This document shows positions 20,884 to 31,186 of a stretch of DNA of 64,000 nucleotides, one piece after another. The stretch covers positions 3,328,001 through 3,392,000 of the forward strand of contig OZ240215.1 in NCBI GenBank assembly GCA_965197585.1, read 5' to 3'. Position 1 is the stretch's first letter, and the number at the start of each line of letters is the position of its first letter. Below the pieces are notes generated by a model. That model was not told the origin of the DNA. It saw only the letters and a program-made list of their open reading frames with translations, and ran no database searches. The translations under genes were made by a program, and so were the position numbers. Source of the DNA: Dehalococcoidia bacterium (lineage in GTDB: Bacteria; Chloroflexota; Dehalococcoidia; Plut-88900).

Positions 20884-22578
20884 ATGAAACTGAACGGCTC
20901 TCAAATTGTATTGGAATGCCTCAAAGCCGAGGGCGTCGACGTGATGTTCGGCCTTCCCGGAGGGGCAATTTTACCCTTCTACCAAACCCTCCCCGAGTAC
21001 CCCGATATCCGCCACATCCTCGTCCGGCACGAGCAGGGTGCAGCAATGGCCGCGGACGGCTACGCCCGGTCCACAGGCAAGGTGGGCGTTTGCGTGGCCA
21101 CTTCGGGGCCCGGCGCCACTAACCTTGTAACCGGGATCATGACCGCACAGATGGACTCCGCGCCAATAGTCGCAATCACCGGGCAGGTGCCCCGGGCCAT
21201 GATCGGCAAGGACGCCTTCCAGGAATCGGACGTTACGGGCATCACCCTGCCTATAACCAAGCACAACTACCTCGTCATGGACACCAACGCTCTGCCCATG
21301 ACTATCAAGAAAGCCTTCCACCTGGCCCGAACCGGGCGCCCGGGGCCCGTGCTGGTGGACATCCCCAAGGATGTCCAGACCGAAGAAGTGGAGTTCCACG
21401 GCTATCCTGAGACTGCGGTGCTCCCCACATACAATCCCGGCTCGGACCTCAAAGCTGCTGACCTCAAACGTGCCGCGGAGATGATAAAAGCCGCTAAGAA
21501 GCCGATTATCATAGCGGGACGGGGCGTTAACATCTCTGGTGCCCACGCCCAGCTTCTGGAGCTTGCGGAGAAGGCTCAAATTCCTGTCATAACCACCCTC
21601 CTGGGCCTCGGCTCGATACCCGGTAGCCACCTGCTGAACGTGGGTATGCCCGGAATGCACGGTGTTGCCTGGGCCAGCATGGCCATTGACGAGGCAGACC
21701 TGCTCATCGGCATCGGCATGAGGTTCGACGACCGGGTCACTGGAAACGTAAACCTCTTCGCGCCCAGGGCCAAAAAGATACACATCGACATCGATGAGTC
21801 CGAAGTTGCTAAGAACGTAGTCGTGGACCTCGCCCTCGTATCCGACGTGAAGGAAGTCCTCAACGAGCTCAACCCTCTGGTGGAGCGCACTATTCACGCC
21901 GAGTGGGTCGGACAGATCGACGAGTGGCGCCGGACCCACCCATCCTTGACAATAAGGGAAACCAATGATCTTCTACCCCAACACGTCCTGTCTGATCTGA
22001 ACCGGGAGACCGCTGGCGAAGCGGTCATAGTTACGGGTGTGGGGCAGCATCAGATGTGGGCCGCACAGCACTTTGTATCCGACAAACCGGGCAGGTTCAT
22101 CACCTCCGGAGGCGCTGGGACGATGGGATACGAGGTCCCTGCTGCTATGGGCGCCCAGGTGGGCAACCCCGACAGAGTAGTCTGGTCTATCTGCGGCGAT
22201 GGCGGCTTCCAGATGACAATGTCGGAAGTGCTGACCATGGTCCAGAACAAAATTCCCGTCAAGCTGGCCATAATGAACAACGGTTTCCACGGCATGGTGC
22301 GGCAGTGGCAGGAGCTCTTTTACAACAAGAGCTACGTAGCCACCGAGGTCCATGCCCCGGACTTCGTCAAACTTGCAGACGCCTTCGGGTGCATGGGACT
22401 GAGAGTGACCGAGAAGGACCAGGTGGTTCCCGCAATCCGAGAGGCCACTGCCCACAATGGCCCGGTAATCGTCGACTTCGTGGTCCCGGTGGAGGAGAAC
22501 GTATACCCGTTCATACCCCCCGGCGGCTCCGTCGGCTCGATGGTAGAAGACCCGAACGTCAGCCAGGCCATGGGATAG
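20884..22578 (+). CDS. ilvB: Acetolactate synthase large subunit
   Basis: RHEQGA, TSGPGATN, GVGQHQMW, GDGGFQM, GMVRQWQ. Confidence 0.97.
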   Translation: MKLNGSQIVLECLKAEGVDVMFGLPGGAILPFYQTLPEYPDIRHILVRHEQGAAMAADGYARSTGKVGVCVATSGPGATNLVTGIMTAQMDSAPIVAITGQVPRAMIGKDAFQESDVTGITLPITKHNYLVMDTNALPMTIKKAFHLARTGRPGPVLVDIPKDVQTEEVEFHGYPETAVLPTYNPGSDLKAADLKRAAEMIKAAKKPIIIAGRGVNISGAHAQLLELAEKAQIPVITTLLGLGSIPGSHLLNVGMPGMHGVAWASMAIDEADLLIGIGMRFDDRVTGNVNLFAPRAKKIHIDIDESEVAKNVVVDLALVSDVKEVLNELNPLVERTIHAEWVGQIDEWRRTHPSLTIRETNDLLPQHVLSDLNRETAGEAVIVTGVGQHQMWAAQHFVSDKPGRFITSGGAGTMGYEVPAAMGAQVGNPDRVVWSICGDGGFQMTMSEVLTMVQNKIPVKLAIMNNGFHGMVRQWQELFYNKSYVATEVHAPDFVKLADAFGCMGLRVTEKDQVVPAIREATAHNGPVIVDFVVPVEENVYPFIPPGGSVGSMVEDPNVSQAMG

Positions 22579-22590
22579 AAACCGCTAGCT

Positions 22591-23136
22591 ATGGCACAAC
22601 CTAGACATATACTAGTGGCGTTGGTGGAAGACAAGCCCGGAGTCCTGAATAGGGTTTCGGGGTTGTTTCGCCGCCGCGGCTTCAACATCGCCAGCCTTGC
22701 CGTAGGCCACAGTGAAACGCCTAAACTGTCCCGCATGACCATCGTGGTTGAGGGTGGGGAGGGTGTCCGCATACAGGCCGCCCGGCAGCTCCGCAAGATA
22801 GTAGGGGTCATGGAAGTAAAGGACATCACCGGGTCTCAGACCGTGGCCCGGGAGCTTGCATTGATCAAGCTGAGGGCATTGGCCAGAGACCGGAACGACA
22901 TAATTAACGTCATTGGCATTTTTCGGGCCGACATCATCGACGTGGACGTCGACACAATGGTCATCCAGGCAACTGGAGACGCCGACAAAATAGAGGCACT
23001 GCATTCCATGCTCTTGCCCTTCGGCGTGCTGGAGATGATGCGGACCGGCGAGGTCGCAATGATTCGTGGGGCAGCCGGGCGGCGGGGAGACGGCGTCGAA
23101 GAGGCCGTCGTTTACGAGGATATAGGAGGAGTATAA
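22591..23136 (+). CDS. ilvN: Acetolactate synthase small subunit
   Basis: [29 protein letters not shown]. Confidence 0.95.
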   Translation: MAQPRHILVALVEDKPGVLNRVSGLFRRRGFNIASLAVGHSETPKLSRMTIVVEGGEGVRIQAARQLRKIVGVMEVKDITGSQTVARELALIKLRALARDRNDIINVIGIFRADIIDVDVDTMVIQATGDADKIEALHSMLLPFGVLEMMRTGEVAMIRGAAGRRGDGVEEAVVYEDIGGV

Positions 23137-23140
23137 CGAC

Positions 23141-24148
23141 ATGGCAATCAATGCAAAGGTATATTACGACGTAGACGCCGACATCTCAGCCCTCGAAGGC
23201 AAGACCATCGGCGTGATCGGCTATGGCAGCCAGGGCCACGCCCACTCTCTGAACCTGAAGGACAGTGGCTGCAACGTCATGGTCGGCCTGTACCAGGGTA
23301 GCAAGAGTTGGGAGAAGGCCGAACAGGCCGGTCTCCGGGTCGCCGAGGTGGCCGACGTGGCCAAAGAGGCCGACATTTTGATGATGACTATCCCCGACGA
23401 ACGTCAGGGCGGCGTCTTCACTGACCACATCGCCGAGAGTCTGAAGTCGGGGCAGACCTTGATGTTCGCCCACGGGTTCAACATTCACTACAAGGAGGTA
23501 GTGCCGCCTTCCTACGTGGACGTGAGCATGATCGCCCCCAAGGCCCCCGGCCACCGGCTCCGGGAGCTCTACTCGGAGGGAGTCGGCGTGCCCGCTCTCA
23601 TCGCTATCCATCAGGATGCCAGCGGCAGTGCTAGGGAAGTCGCGCTGGCATACGGCAAGGGCTTGGGTTGCACCAAGGCCGGTGTGCTGGAGACCACCTT
23701 CAAGGAGGAGACTGAGACCGACCTCTTCGGCGAGCAGAGTGTCCTCTGCGGTGGCGTCACTTCACTGATCAAGTCCGCCTTTGATATCCTCGTCGATGCC
23801 GGCTACCAACCCGAGGTCGCCTATTTCGAATGCCTCCACGAGGTCAAGCTCATCGTAGACCTGATCTATCAGGGTGGCCTTGAGTACATGCGCTACTCGG
23901 TTAGCGACACCGCCGAGTACGGGGACTACTCCCGCGGCGGACGGATTATCGACGATCACGTACGTGCATCAATGAAGAAGGTCCTGACCGAGATACAGGA
24001 CGGCACTTTCGCCAGGGAGTGGATTGCCGAAAATCGGGAAGGACGCACGAACTTCGACGCCATGCGTAAGAAGGACAAGACCCACACGGTTGAGGTGGTA
24101 GGCCGAGAGTTGCGGGAGATGATGTCCTTCCTTAACAAGCCGACCTAA
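23141..24148 (+). CDS. ilvC: Ketol-acid reductoisomerase
   Basis: [27 protein letters not shown]. Confidence 0.97.
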   Translation: MAINAKVYYDVDADISALEGKTIGVIGYGSQGHAHSLNLKDSGCNVMVGLYQGSKSWEKAEQAGLRVAEVADVAKEADILMMTIPDERQGGVFTDHIAESLKSGQTLMFAHGFNIHYKEVVPPSYVDVSMIAPKAPGHRLRELYSEGVGVPALIAIHQDASGSAREVALAYGKGLGCTKAGVLETTFKEETETDLFGEQSVLCGGVTSLIKSAFDILVDAGYQPEVAYFECLHEVKLIVDLIYQGGLEYMRYSVSDTAEYGDYSRGGRIIDDHVRASMKKVLTEIQDGTFAREWIAENREGRTNFDAMRKKDKTHTVEVVGRELREMMSFLNKPT

Positions 24149-24202
24149 GGTCGGCGCTAGGGGGTTCGTCTTCTACCAGACCGGTACATTGGGAGGTTCG
24201 AG

Positions 24203-25741
24203 ATGGAAAAAGTAATGATATTCGATACCACGCTCAGGGACGGAGAGCAGGCGCCCGGCGCTACCCTGAACGTAGATGAAAAGGTAGAGATAGCCCACCA
24301 GTTGAACAAGCTGGGTGTGGATGTGATAGAGGCGGGGTTTCCCTACAGCTCGCCGGGCGACTTCGAGGCGGTGAGCAGGGTCGCCAGGGAGGTGAAGGGA
24401 CAGATCGTTGCAGGATTGGCCCACGCCCACGCCAAGGCCATCGACACCTGTTACGAGGCCGTTCGCAACGCTGAGAATCCCCGAGTCCACGTATTTCTCT
24501 CCAGCTCCGACGTTCACCTCATGTACCAGCTCAAGAAGAACCATGAAGAGATTCTGGAGTTGGCCACCGAGATGGTGGGCCGGGCCGCAGGCTACCTCAG
24601 CGATGTCGAGTTCTCTCCCATGGATGCCACCCGAACGGATCGAGAATACCTCTACAGGATTCTCGAATCGGTCATCAATGCCGGTGCGACCACCGTTAAC
24701 ATTCCCGACACCGTCGGCTATACCACCCCCGAGGAGTTCTACGAACTCATCTCCGGCGTCTTTAACAACGTCCCCAACATCCATAAGGCGATGGTGAGTG
24801 TCCACTGCCACAATGACCTGGGCTTGGGCGTCGCCAACAGCATAGCCGCGATCCGGGCCGGGGCGAGACAGGTGGAGTGCACCATCAACGGGATCGGTGA
24901 GAGAGCGGGTAACGCCTCCCTCGAAGAGATCGTCATGGCCATCCGTACCCGGAACGACCTGTACGACATCACCACCGGCATCGACTCTACACAGATCTAC
25001 CGGACCAGCCGGTTAGTCAGTGACCTGACGGGACTGCCGGTGCAGCCCAACAAGGCCGTGGTTGGGGCCAACGCATTCAGGCACGAGTCCGGCATACACC
25101 AGGACGGAATCCTGAAGAATCCCATCACTTACGAAATCATGACACCCACATCCGTGGGAGTGCCCCAGACCACCCTCTATTTGGGCAAGCTCAGCGGTAG
25201 ACACGCGCTGAAGAACCGGCTGGAACATCTCGGCTACACTCTGACCGACGATGAGCTCCGCAAGACCTTCCAGGCATTCAAAGACGTCGCCGACAAGAAG
25301 AAAGAGGTCACCGACCGTGACCTTGAGGCCCTGATGGGTGAAGAACGCCGCACCATCAACGAGACCTATCATTTAGAGCACGTCCAGGTAGCTTGTGGTG
25401 ACCACGAAGTACCCACCGCCACCGTGATGCTCAGGGGTCCCGAGGGACACACCTCCACCGATGCAGCCGTCGGCACGGGCCCTGTGGACGCGGTCTACAA
25501 GGCGATTAACCGCATAATAGACGTGCCCAACGAGCTCACTGAGTTCAGCATCAAGTCCGTTACCGAGGGCATAGATGCCCTGGGCGAGGTCACCATCAGG
25601 ATTGAGAGCGAGAACCAGTCCTTCATAGGCAGGGGCGCCCACACGGATATCATCGTGGCCAGCGCCAAGGCCTACATGAACGCTCTCAACCGGATGATCG
25701 CCACTCGGGAGGAGGCTAAGGAAACGGTGGCGGTAGGCTAG
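24203..25741 (+). CDS. leuA: 2-isopropylmalate synthase
   Basis: DTTLRDGEQ, HCHNDLG, GERAGN, HESGIHQDG. Confidence 0.96.
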   Translation: MEKVMIFDTTLRDGEQAPGATLNVDEKVEIAHQLNKLGVDVIEAGFPYSSPGDFEAVSRVAREVKGQIVAGLAHAHAKAIDTCYEAVRNAENPRVHVFLSSSDVHLMYQLKKNHEEILELATEMVGRAAGYLSDVEFSPMDATRTDREYLYRILESVINAGATTVNIPDTVGYTTPEEFYELISGVFNNVPNIHKAMVSVHCHNDLGLGVANSIAAIRAGARQVECTINGIGERAGNASLEEIVMAIRTRNDLYDITTGIDSTQIYRTSRLVSDLTGLPVQPNKAVVGANAFRHESGIHQDGILKNPITYEIMTPTSVGVPQTTLYLGKLSGRHALKNRLEHLGYTLTDDELRKTFQAFKDVADKKKEVTDRDLEALMGEERRTINETYHLEHVQVACGDHEVPTATVMLRGPEGHTSTDAAVGTGPVDAVYKAINRIIDVPNELTEFSIKSVTEGIDALGEVTIRIESENQSFIGRGAHTDIIVASAKAYMNALNRMIATREEAKETVAVG

Positions 25742-25851
25742 GGCTGTTATAGTCCTGAGCGCACTTCCCTGAACTGGGCCCCGAGACACAGTCATCGTCA
25801 GACGACCTGCGCCCGCGGCGCCCATACTTCGATCCTATTGAAGAGACAAGC

Positions 25852-26949
25852 ATGGCTAAAGCAAACATAGCAGTAATACCGGGGGACGGAATCGGGCCCG
25901 AGGTTATGGAGCAGGGTGTCCGCGTCCTCCGTGCCGTCGAATCCCGGTTCGGACACGAGTTCAGCTTGGAATACGGCATTGTTGGTGGCCGCGCCATAGA
26001 CGAATGTGGCACGGCCCTGCCCGCCGAAACATTGAAGACCTGCAAGAAGAGCGACGCAGTCCTGTTCGGAGCCGTTGGAGGTCCGAAGTGGGATGACCCC
26101 AAGGCTGCCGTCCGCCCCGAGCAGGGTCTCTTGGCCCTGCGCAAGAAGCTCAACCTGTTCGCCAACATCCGTCCTGTGAAGGTCTACCCCCAGCTCCGGG
26201 ACTCGACCCCCTTGAAACCCGAACGCCTGGACAGTGTGGACATGGTTGTGATCAGGGAGCTTACGGGTGGCCTCTATTTCGGCAAACCGAAAAGGCAGTG
26301 GACTACCAGCAAGGGCCGAAGGGCCGTGGACTCGATGTCCTACTCCGAACACGAGATCCGGCGCATAGTGCGCGTCGGCTTCGAGATGGCTCGGGGGCGG
26401 CGGCGTAAGAAGCTCACTTCCGTAGACAAGGCCAACGTGCTGGAGTCCTCCCGGCTCTGGCGTCAAATCGTGCTGGAAATGGCACCCTCCTACCCGGACG
26501 TAGAACTAGACCACCTTTTGGTAGACACCTGTGCAATGCACTTAATCCGCCAGCCCTCCCGCTTCGATGTCATAGTCACCGAAAACACCTTTGGAGACAT
26601 ACTTACGGACGAGACTGCCGTCCTATCCGGGTCTATGGGAATGCTCCCTTCGGCGAGCTTGAACATGGAGGAATCGGATAAGGCTGCGGTGGGCGTCTAC
26701 GAACCGTGCCACGGGTCGGCGCCCGACATCGTTGGACAGAACAAGGCCAATCCTTGCGGAATGGTTCTCAGCGTTGCAATGATGCTTAGGCACTCGTTGG
26801 GCCTTGATGAAGAGGCCCAAACTATTGAAAACGCGGTCGAGCGAGTGTTGGAAGAGGGATACCGTACACCTGACATCGCCGAGGATGGAACGGAGACTAC
26901 GGGCACTGTTGAAATGGGAGCTCTCATAGCTGAGAAGGTGGCAGGTTAG
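25852..26949 (+). CDS. leuB: 3-isopropylmalate dehydrogenase
   Basis: GDGIGPE, RELTGGLYFG, DKANVL, EPCHGSAPDI. Confidence 0.96.
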   Translation: MAKANIAVIPGDGIGPEVMEQGVRVLRAVESRFGHEFSLEYGIVGGRAIDECGTALPAETLKTCKKSDAVLFGAVGGPKWDDPKAAVRPEQGLLALRKKLNLFANIRPVKVYPQLRDSTPLKPERLDSVDMVVIRELTGGLYFGKPKRQWTTSKGRRAVDSMSYSEHEIRRIVRVGFEMARGRRRKKLTSVDKANVLESSRLWRQIVLEMAPSYPDVELDHLLVDTCAMHLIRQPSRFDVIVTENTFGDILTDETAVLSGSMGMLPSASLNMEESDKAAVGVYEPCHGSAPDIVGQNKANPCGMVLSVAMMLRHSLGLDEEAQTIENAVERVLEEGYRTPDIAEDGTETTGTVEMGALIAEKVAG

Positions 26950-26962
26950 GAACGAAGTCTAA

Positions 26963-28567
26963 ATGGCTACCACGGCAAAGCAACTCACGCTCTACGACAC
27001 AACCCTGCGGGACGGCACCCAGATGGAGGGCATCTCCCTATCGGTGGAGGACAAGCTCAAGATTACGCGTATGCTGGACAAGCTGGGCGTGGACTTCATC
27101 GAAGGCGGTTGGCCCGGGTCTAACCCCAAGGACGCCGAATTCTTCGAAAGAGCTCGGGACTTGGACCTCCAGAATGCCACTATCGTCGCTTTCGGGGCAA
27201 CACGCCGGGCCAACATTAGCGTGGACAAGGACCCTCAGATAGAGGCTCTGCTCCAAGCCGAGACCGAGGTGATCACCCTGGTCGGCAAGAGCTCCGCACT
27301 TCACGTCCGCTCCATCCTGGAGACCACTCCTGAAGAGAACCTGGACATGATCGCCGACTCCATCCGCTACCTTCGTGACAAGGGACGGCGCGTCATCTTC
27401 GATGCAGAGCACTTCTTCGACGGCTTCAGTGAAGACCCTGACTATGCCATAGAGACTATAAAGGCCGCCCACGAAGCCGGCGCTGAGTGCGCCGTTCTCT
27501 GTGATACCAACGGGGGCCGGCTTCCATCTGAGATAGGGGACATAATCCATCAGGTTCGGGAGGCCACCGACGCAAAGCTCGGCATCCACGCCCACAACGA
27601 TGCCGAAATGGCCGTCGCCAATAGCATCGCCGCAGTAAACGAAGGTGTAGTCCAGGTGCAGGGCACCATCAACGGCTATGGAGAGCGGTGCGGAAACGCT
27701 AACCTCGTCTCCATCATTGGCAACTTGAAGATCAAGATGGGAATCGACTGCATATCAGATGAGCAGTTGTCCCGCCTGACGGAAGTTTCCCGCTATGCCA
27801 GCGAACTGGTAAACCTTCCCCCCGACCACCATCAGCCCTATGTCGGGATGAGCGCTTTCAGCCACAAGGGCGGAATGCATGTGGCTGCGGTGAACAAGCT
27901 GGAGGAGAGCTATCAACACGTGCCGCCTGATCTGGTCGGTAACAACAAAAGGGTTGTTGTATCGGAGCTCTCAGGGAGAGGCAACATAGCTTATAAGGTG
28001 CAGGAGCTGGGTATCGACGTTGAACTCGGGGCGGAAGGTACCCGAGAAGTGCTGGGCCGGATCAAAGACCTGGAGAGCAAGGGCTTTCAGTACGAAGGCG
28101 CCGAGGCTTCCTTTGAGCTTCTCGTCAGACGGGCTCACAGCAGCTACAAGCCCCCCTTTGAGCTTGTCGACTTCATGGTGCTTGTCGAAAACAGCCGACG
28201 CTCCCCGAGTATGACCCAGGACGCCGAGCCCCACCTGCTCGCTGAAGCAATGGTAAAGGTGAAGGTAGGAGAAGAGACCATCCACACCGCCGCCGAGGGC
28301 AACGGCCCGGTGAACGCGCTCGACCTTGCTCTTAGAAAGGCGTTGCAGCAATTCTACCCGCGGGTCTCGGTAGTCGAGCTATCGGACTACAAGGTGCGGA
28401 TCGTAGATGAAACCTCAGGAAGTTCGAGCAGTATCCGGGTGCTCATCGAGTCAACGGACGGGACGCGACAGTGGCGGACTGTTGGAAGTTCTACCAACGT
28501 CATAGAGGCAAGCTGGTTGGCCATGGCAGACAGCCTGGAATTCTGGCTCATTAAAAACCAGGACTAA
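26963..28567 (+). CDS. cimA: Citramalate synthase
   Basis: DTTLRDGTQ, GGWPGSNPKD, DAEHFFDG, HKGGMH, GNGPVNALD. Confidence 0.92.
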   Translation: MATTAKQLTLYDTTLRDGTQMEGISLSVEDKLKITRMLDKLGVDFIEGGWPGSNPKDAEFFERARDLDLQNATIVAFGATRRANISVDKDPQIEALLQAETEVITLVGKSSALHVRSILETTPEENLDMIADSIRYLRDKGRRVIFDAEHFFDGFSEDPDYAIETIKAAHEAGAECAVLCDTNGGRLPSEIGDIIHQVREATDAKLGIHAHNDAEMAVANSIAAVNEGVVQVQGTINGYGERCGNANLVSIIGNLKIKMGIDCISDEQLSRLTEVSRYASELVNLPPDHHQPYVGMSAFSHKGGMHVAAVNKLEESYQHVPPDLVGNNKRVVVSELSGRGNIAYKVQELGIDVELGAEGTREVLGRIKDLESKGFQYEGAEASFELLVRRAHSSYKPPFELVDFMVLVENSRRSPSMTQDAEPHLLAEAMVKVKVGEETIHTAAEGNGPVNALDLALRKALQQFYPRVSVVELSDYKVRIVDETSGSSSSIRVLIESTDGTRQWRTVGSSTNVIEASWLAMADSLEFWLIKNQD

Positions 28568-28579
28568 AGCGCCAACTTG

Positions 28580-28606
28580 GTCATTCCGGCCTCCGAGCCG
28601 GAATCC
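28580..28606. repeat. GTCATTCC...GGAATC REP-like palindrome (dispersed family)
   Basis: GTCATTCCGGCCTCCGAGCCGGAATCC; related copies at ~6806, 16326, 37381, 58960 and one split by the IS481. Confidence 0.75.
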
Positions 28607-28685
28607 ATCCCCAACTGACCCACGAGCGATCGACTATAGCCCCCAATAGTTTCGCCGGTGGTAATTCCCCCAAGCGATGGGGCGC

Positions 28686-29123
28686 TTATCCCTCTATTGC
28701 CACTTCCTCTTCCGTGATCTCTCCTTCAACTATGTGGAAGGCACGGATTTCCGGGTTGTCCGGCTCTCTTAGGGAAACTAGGAAATAAAGGACATCCGGC
28801 CAAATGGTCTGTTTCTCGCCGGTAGTCTCATCCTCATAGGTGGCAAGTCGTACGTCGGTAGGCGAGGGGTACGCCTCGCTGAACGTATGTGAGTGGTAGA
28901 AGCCCTGGATCTCCCACCCCTCGGCATCCACCTCCTCGAAAACTCGGAACTGGGCTTCCGGGTCCATGACGTATTTTACCGGGCTGGGTTCAGCGTTTCG
29001 AACTTGGTAGACCCGATTGACCTTGCCGTTCGCTCCTGCCAAGATTCCGCAGCATTCGTTGGGCGCATCCGCCTTAGCGTGGGCGATCATCTCGTTGGCG
29101 TGCTGCCTGCTGAGTCTAAACAA
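28686..29123 (-). CDS. JAMM/MPN+ metalloprotease (Mec/CysO-cysteine peptidase-like)
   Basis: PNECCG, YHSHT...AYPS.TD JAMM motif. Confidence 0.9.
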   Translation of the reverse strand: MFRLSRQHANEMIAHAKADAPNECCGILAGANGKVNRVYQVRNAEPSPVKYVMDPEAQFRVFEEVDAEGWEIQGFYHSHTFSEAYPSPTDVRLATYEDETTGEKQTIWPDVLYFLVSLREPDNPEIRAFHIVEGEITEEEVAIEG

Positions 29124-29147
29124 TGGATTCCTGTCTGCTTTCTTTCG

Positions 29148-30197
29148 CTAACGTGTAACCGCCATGGTGCCTTTGGGTGCATCTACTATCTGTCCTATCA
29201 CCCTTGCCCCGACCACTCCATGCTCGACCAATGCTGCCATCAACCTACCGGCCTTTTCTTCCGACACGGAAATTAGCAGTCCCCCGGAGGTCTGCGCATC
29301 CGCCAACAATACCTTTAACGGGTCGGGTATTTCTGCTTCCCAGACCACGCTGTCCCTCAACGAGTCCAAGTTCCGGAGCGTGCCGCCGGGGGCTATCCCC
29401 TGCTCGGCCAGGGCACGGGCCCCGGGAATAAGCGGCACGTCGTTCAGCACAATCCGGGCCCCGACCCCGCTTCCCTCCACCATCTCACGTAAGTGCCCAA
29501 GAAGCCCGAAACCCGTGATGTCCGTGCAAGCGTTCACCCCGACCCCAACCATCGCCTCCGATGCGCCTTTGTTCAACTCTGCCATCAGCTCGACGACGCT
29601 GCGCTCCGTGTCTGCGTCGGACTTTCCGGCCTTCAGGGCGGTGGTAATGATTCCGGTGCCGATGGGCTTGGTCAGCACCAACCGGTCTCCCGGTCGGGCG
29701 TCCGCGTTGGTGATCTGCTCTCCGGGCCTCACTAATCCTGTAACGGCGATGCCGTATTTTGGCTCGACGTCATCGATGGTGTGGCCGCCGGCAATAATGG
29801 CTCCCGCCTCAGTCATCTTGTCGGCCCCGCCTTTGAGGATGCTGCCAAGGATGTCTTTGGGAAGGCCTATGGGGAAACCCACTATGTTGAGCCCCATAAG
29901 CGGCGTGGCGCCCATGGCATAGATGTCGCTCAGGGAGTTGGCTGCAGCTATGGCCCCGAACCAGTAAGGATCGTCAACGATGGGAGGGAAGAAGTCGACA
30001 CTCTGGACCAAGGCTATGGAATCGTTCAGCCTGTAAACAGCAGAGTCATCCGACGTGCCCGATCCCACGATAAGGTTCGGGTCGTCTATTTTGGGGAGGC
30101 TCTTCAGGACCTGGACCAGGTCCTCGGGGCTGAATTTGGAAGCTCAGCCCGCGCAGTGAGCGAGTTCGGTGAGTCTAATCTCTTTGACTTCTGCCAA
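29148..30197 (-). CDS. selD: Selenide, water dikinase (selenoprotein; UGA-Sec at codon 18)
   Basis: Reading through TGA at 30144-30146 gives MAEVKEIRLTELAHCAG-U-ASKFSP...; DFFPPIVDDP, ANSLSDIYAMG, TDITGFGLLGH, DAQTSGGLL; downstream hairpin AGGACCTG-GTC-CAGGTCCT. Confidence 0.93.
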
Positions 30198-30287
30198 TGC
30201 CTTAACCTGGATTCATAACGTGGGCTGCAAGGAAAATATAATTCGTGTCCTGCATGTATGGAACAAAGACCATACGCCGTGGGCGCA

Positions 30288-30644
30288 TCAGTACAAGAGG
30301 GCGTGGGTTGGCGCCAATCTCTGTCCAACTGGGTCTACCGCAAGGAGCAGTATTTCCAGTGTCACAGCCCCGAGCAAGGGCGCTGCCTCCTCCGTTCCGA
30401 ATATAACGGGAGATACTGCAGACGCCCCATTGATCGTGATCCGCAATTCACCAATGTCTAGCTCTTCGCGGTGGCCGTCGGCCATTTCGAATATCCCCTT
30501 CCTGGTTGGGGATATGCCCAGCTCATTCAGCACGTCGATAGGAAACATGGTGTAGGTGGCCGCGGTATCTACAGTAGCCTCAATCTCCCGCGAACGTCTG
30601 TTGTCGAGAGAGGAAATTCGTAAAGGACAGCTAAATACGCCCAT
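30288..30644 (-). CDS. Clan AA aspartic protease-like protein
   Basis: VDTAATYT, ADG, LLGAVTLE. Confidence 0.8.
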   Translation of the reverse strand: MGVFSCPLRISSLDNRRSREIEATVDTAATYTMFPIDVLNELGISPTRKGIFEMADGHREELDIGELRITINGASAVSPVIFGTEEAAPLLGAVTLEILLLAVDPVGQRLAPTHALLY

Positions 30645-30685
30645 AAGGGGAGTTTAGCACACGGTCACTTTGGGAAGTGGGCAAA

Positions 30686-31180
30686 CTACCCGTTTACAGG
30701 CCCGCCGCCCTCGCCGGTGAACTTCCAGGCGTTCTCGCCTACCCCCGTGACTCGCCACCTAGGCATAACGTATTCGGCGTCTTCCGAGCGCTCGAACACG
30801 ACCTCCACGGGATTGCCGATGGCTACGGCGTCTTCATCGTCCACCAGAACGCCCACGATTCTCGTAAGCGAACCGTCGGGGTTGCCGCAGTCGGGCAGGT
30901 CGATGACGGCGGTTATGTAGGGAACGGCGTTGACGAAGGGTGCGAGGATGGGCTGAACCACAACGTTGTAGCTGTAAATCACGCCCGTGCCCTTGGCCTG
31001 ATGCCAACCCAGGTCCATGGAAGTGCAACCGGGACAGGCGGGAAAGGGCGGGAAGAACTTGTGGCCGCAATCGTTACAAAGGCGTACCAGGAGTCGGTCT
31101 TCCTTAGTGCCGTCCCACCACTCTTTGGTGTCGGGGTCGGGCTTGACGTTGATGAGGGAATAGTCGATGGGTCCGGGCAT
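30686..31180 (-). CDS. DUF35 Zn-ribbon/OB-fold protein (ChsH2-like)
   Basis: CxxC...CPxC, G.GVIYSY, IG.PVEVVF; follows a thiolase-like gene. Confidence 0.88.
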   Translation of the reverse strand: MPGPIDYSLINVKPDPDTKEWWDGTKEDRLLVRLCNDCGHKFFPPFPACPGCTSMDLGWHQAKGTGVIYSYNVVVQPILAPFVNAVPYITAVIDLPDCGNPDGSLTRIVGVLVDDEDAVAIGNPVEVVFERSEDAEYVMPRWRVTGVGENAWKFTGEGGGPVNG

Positions 31181-31186
31181 GGGAGC

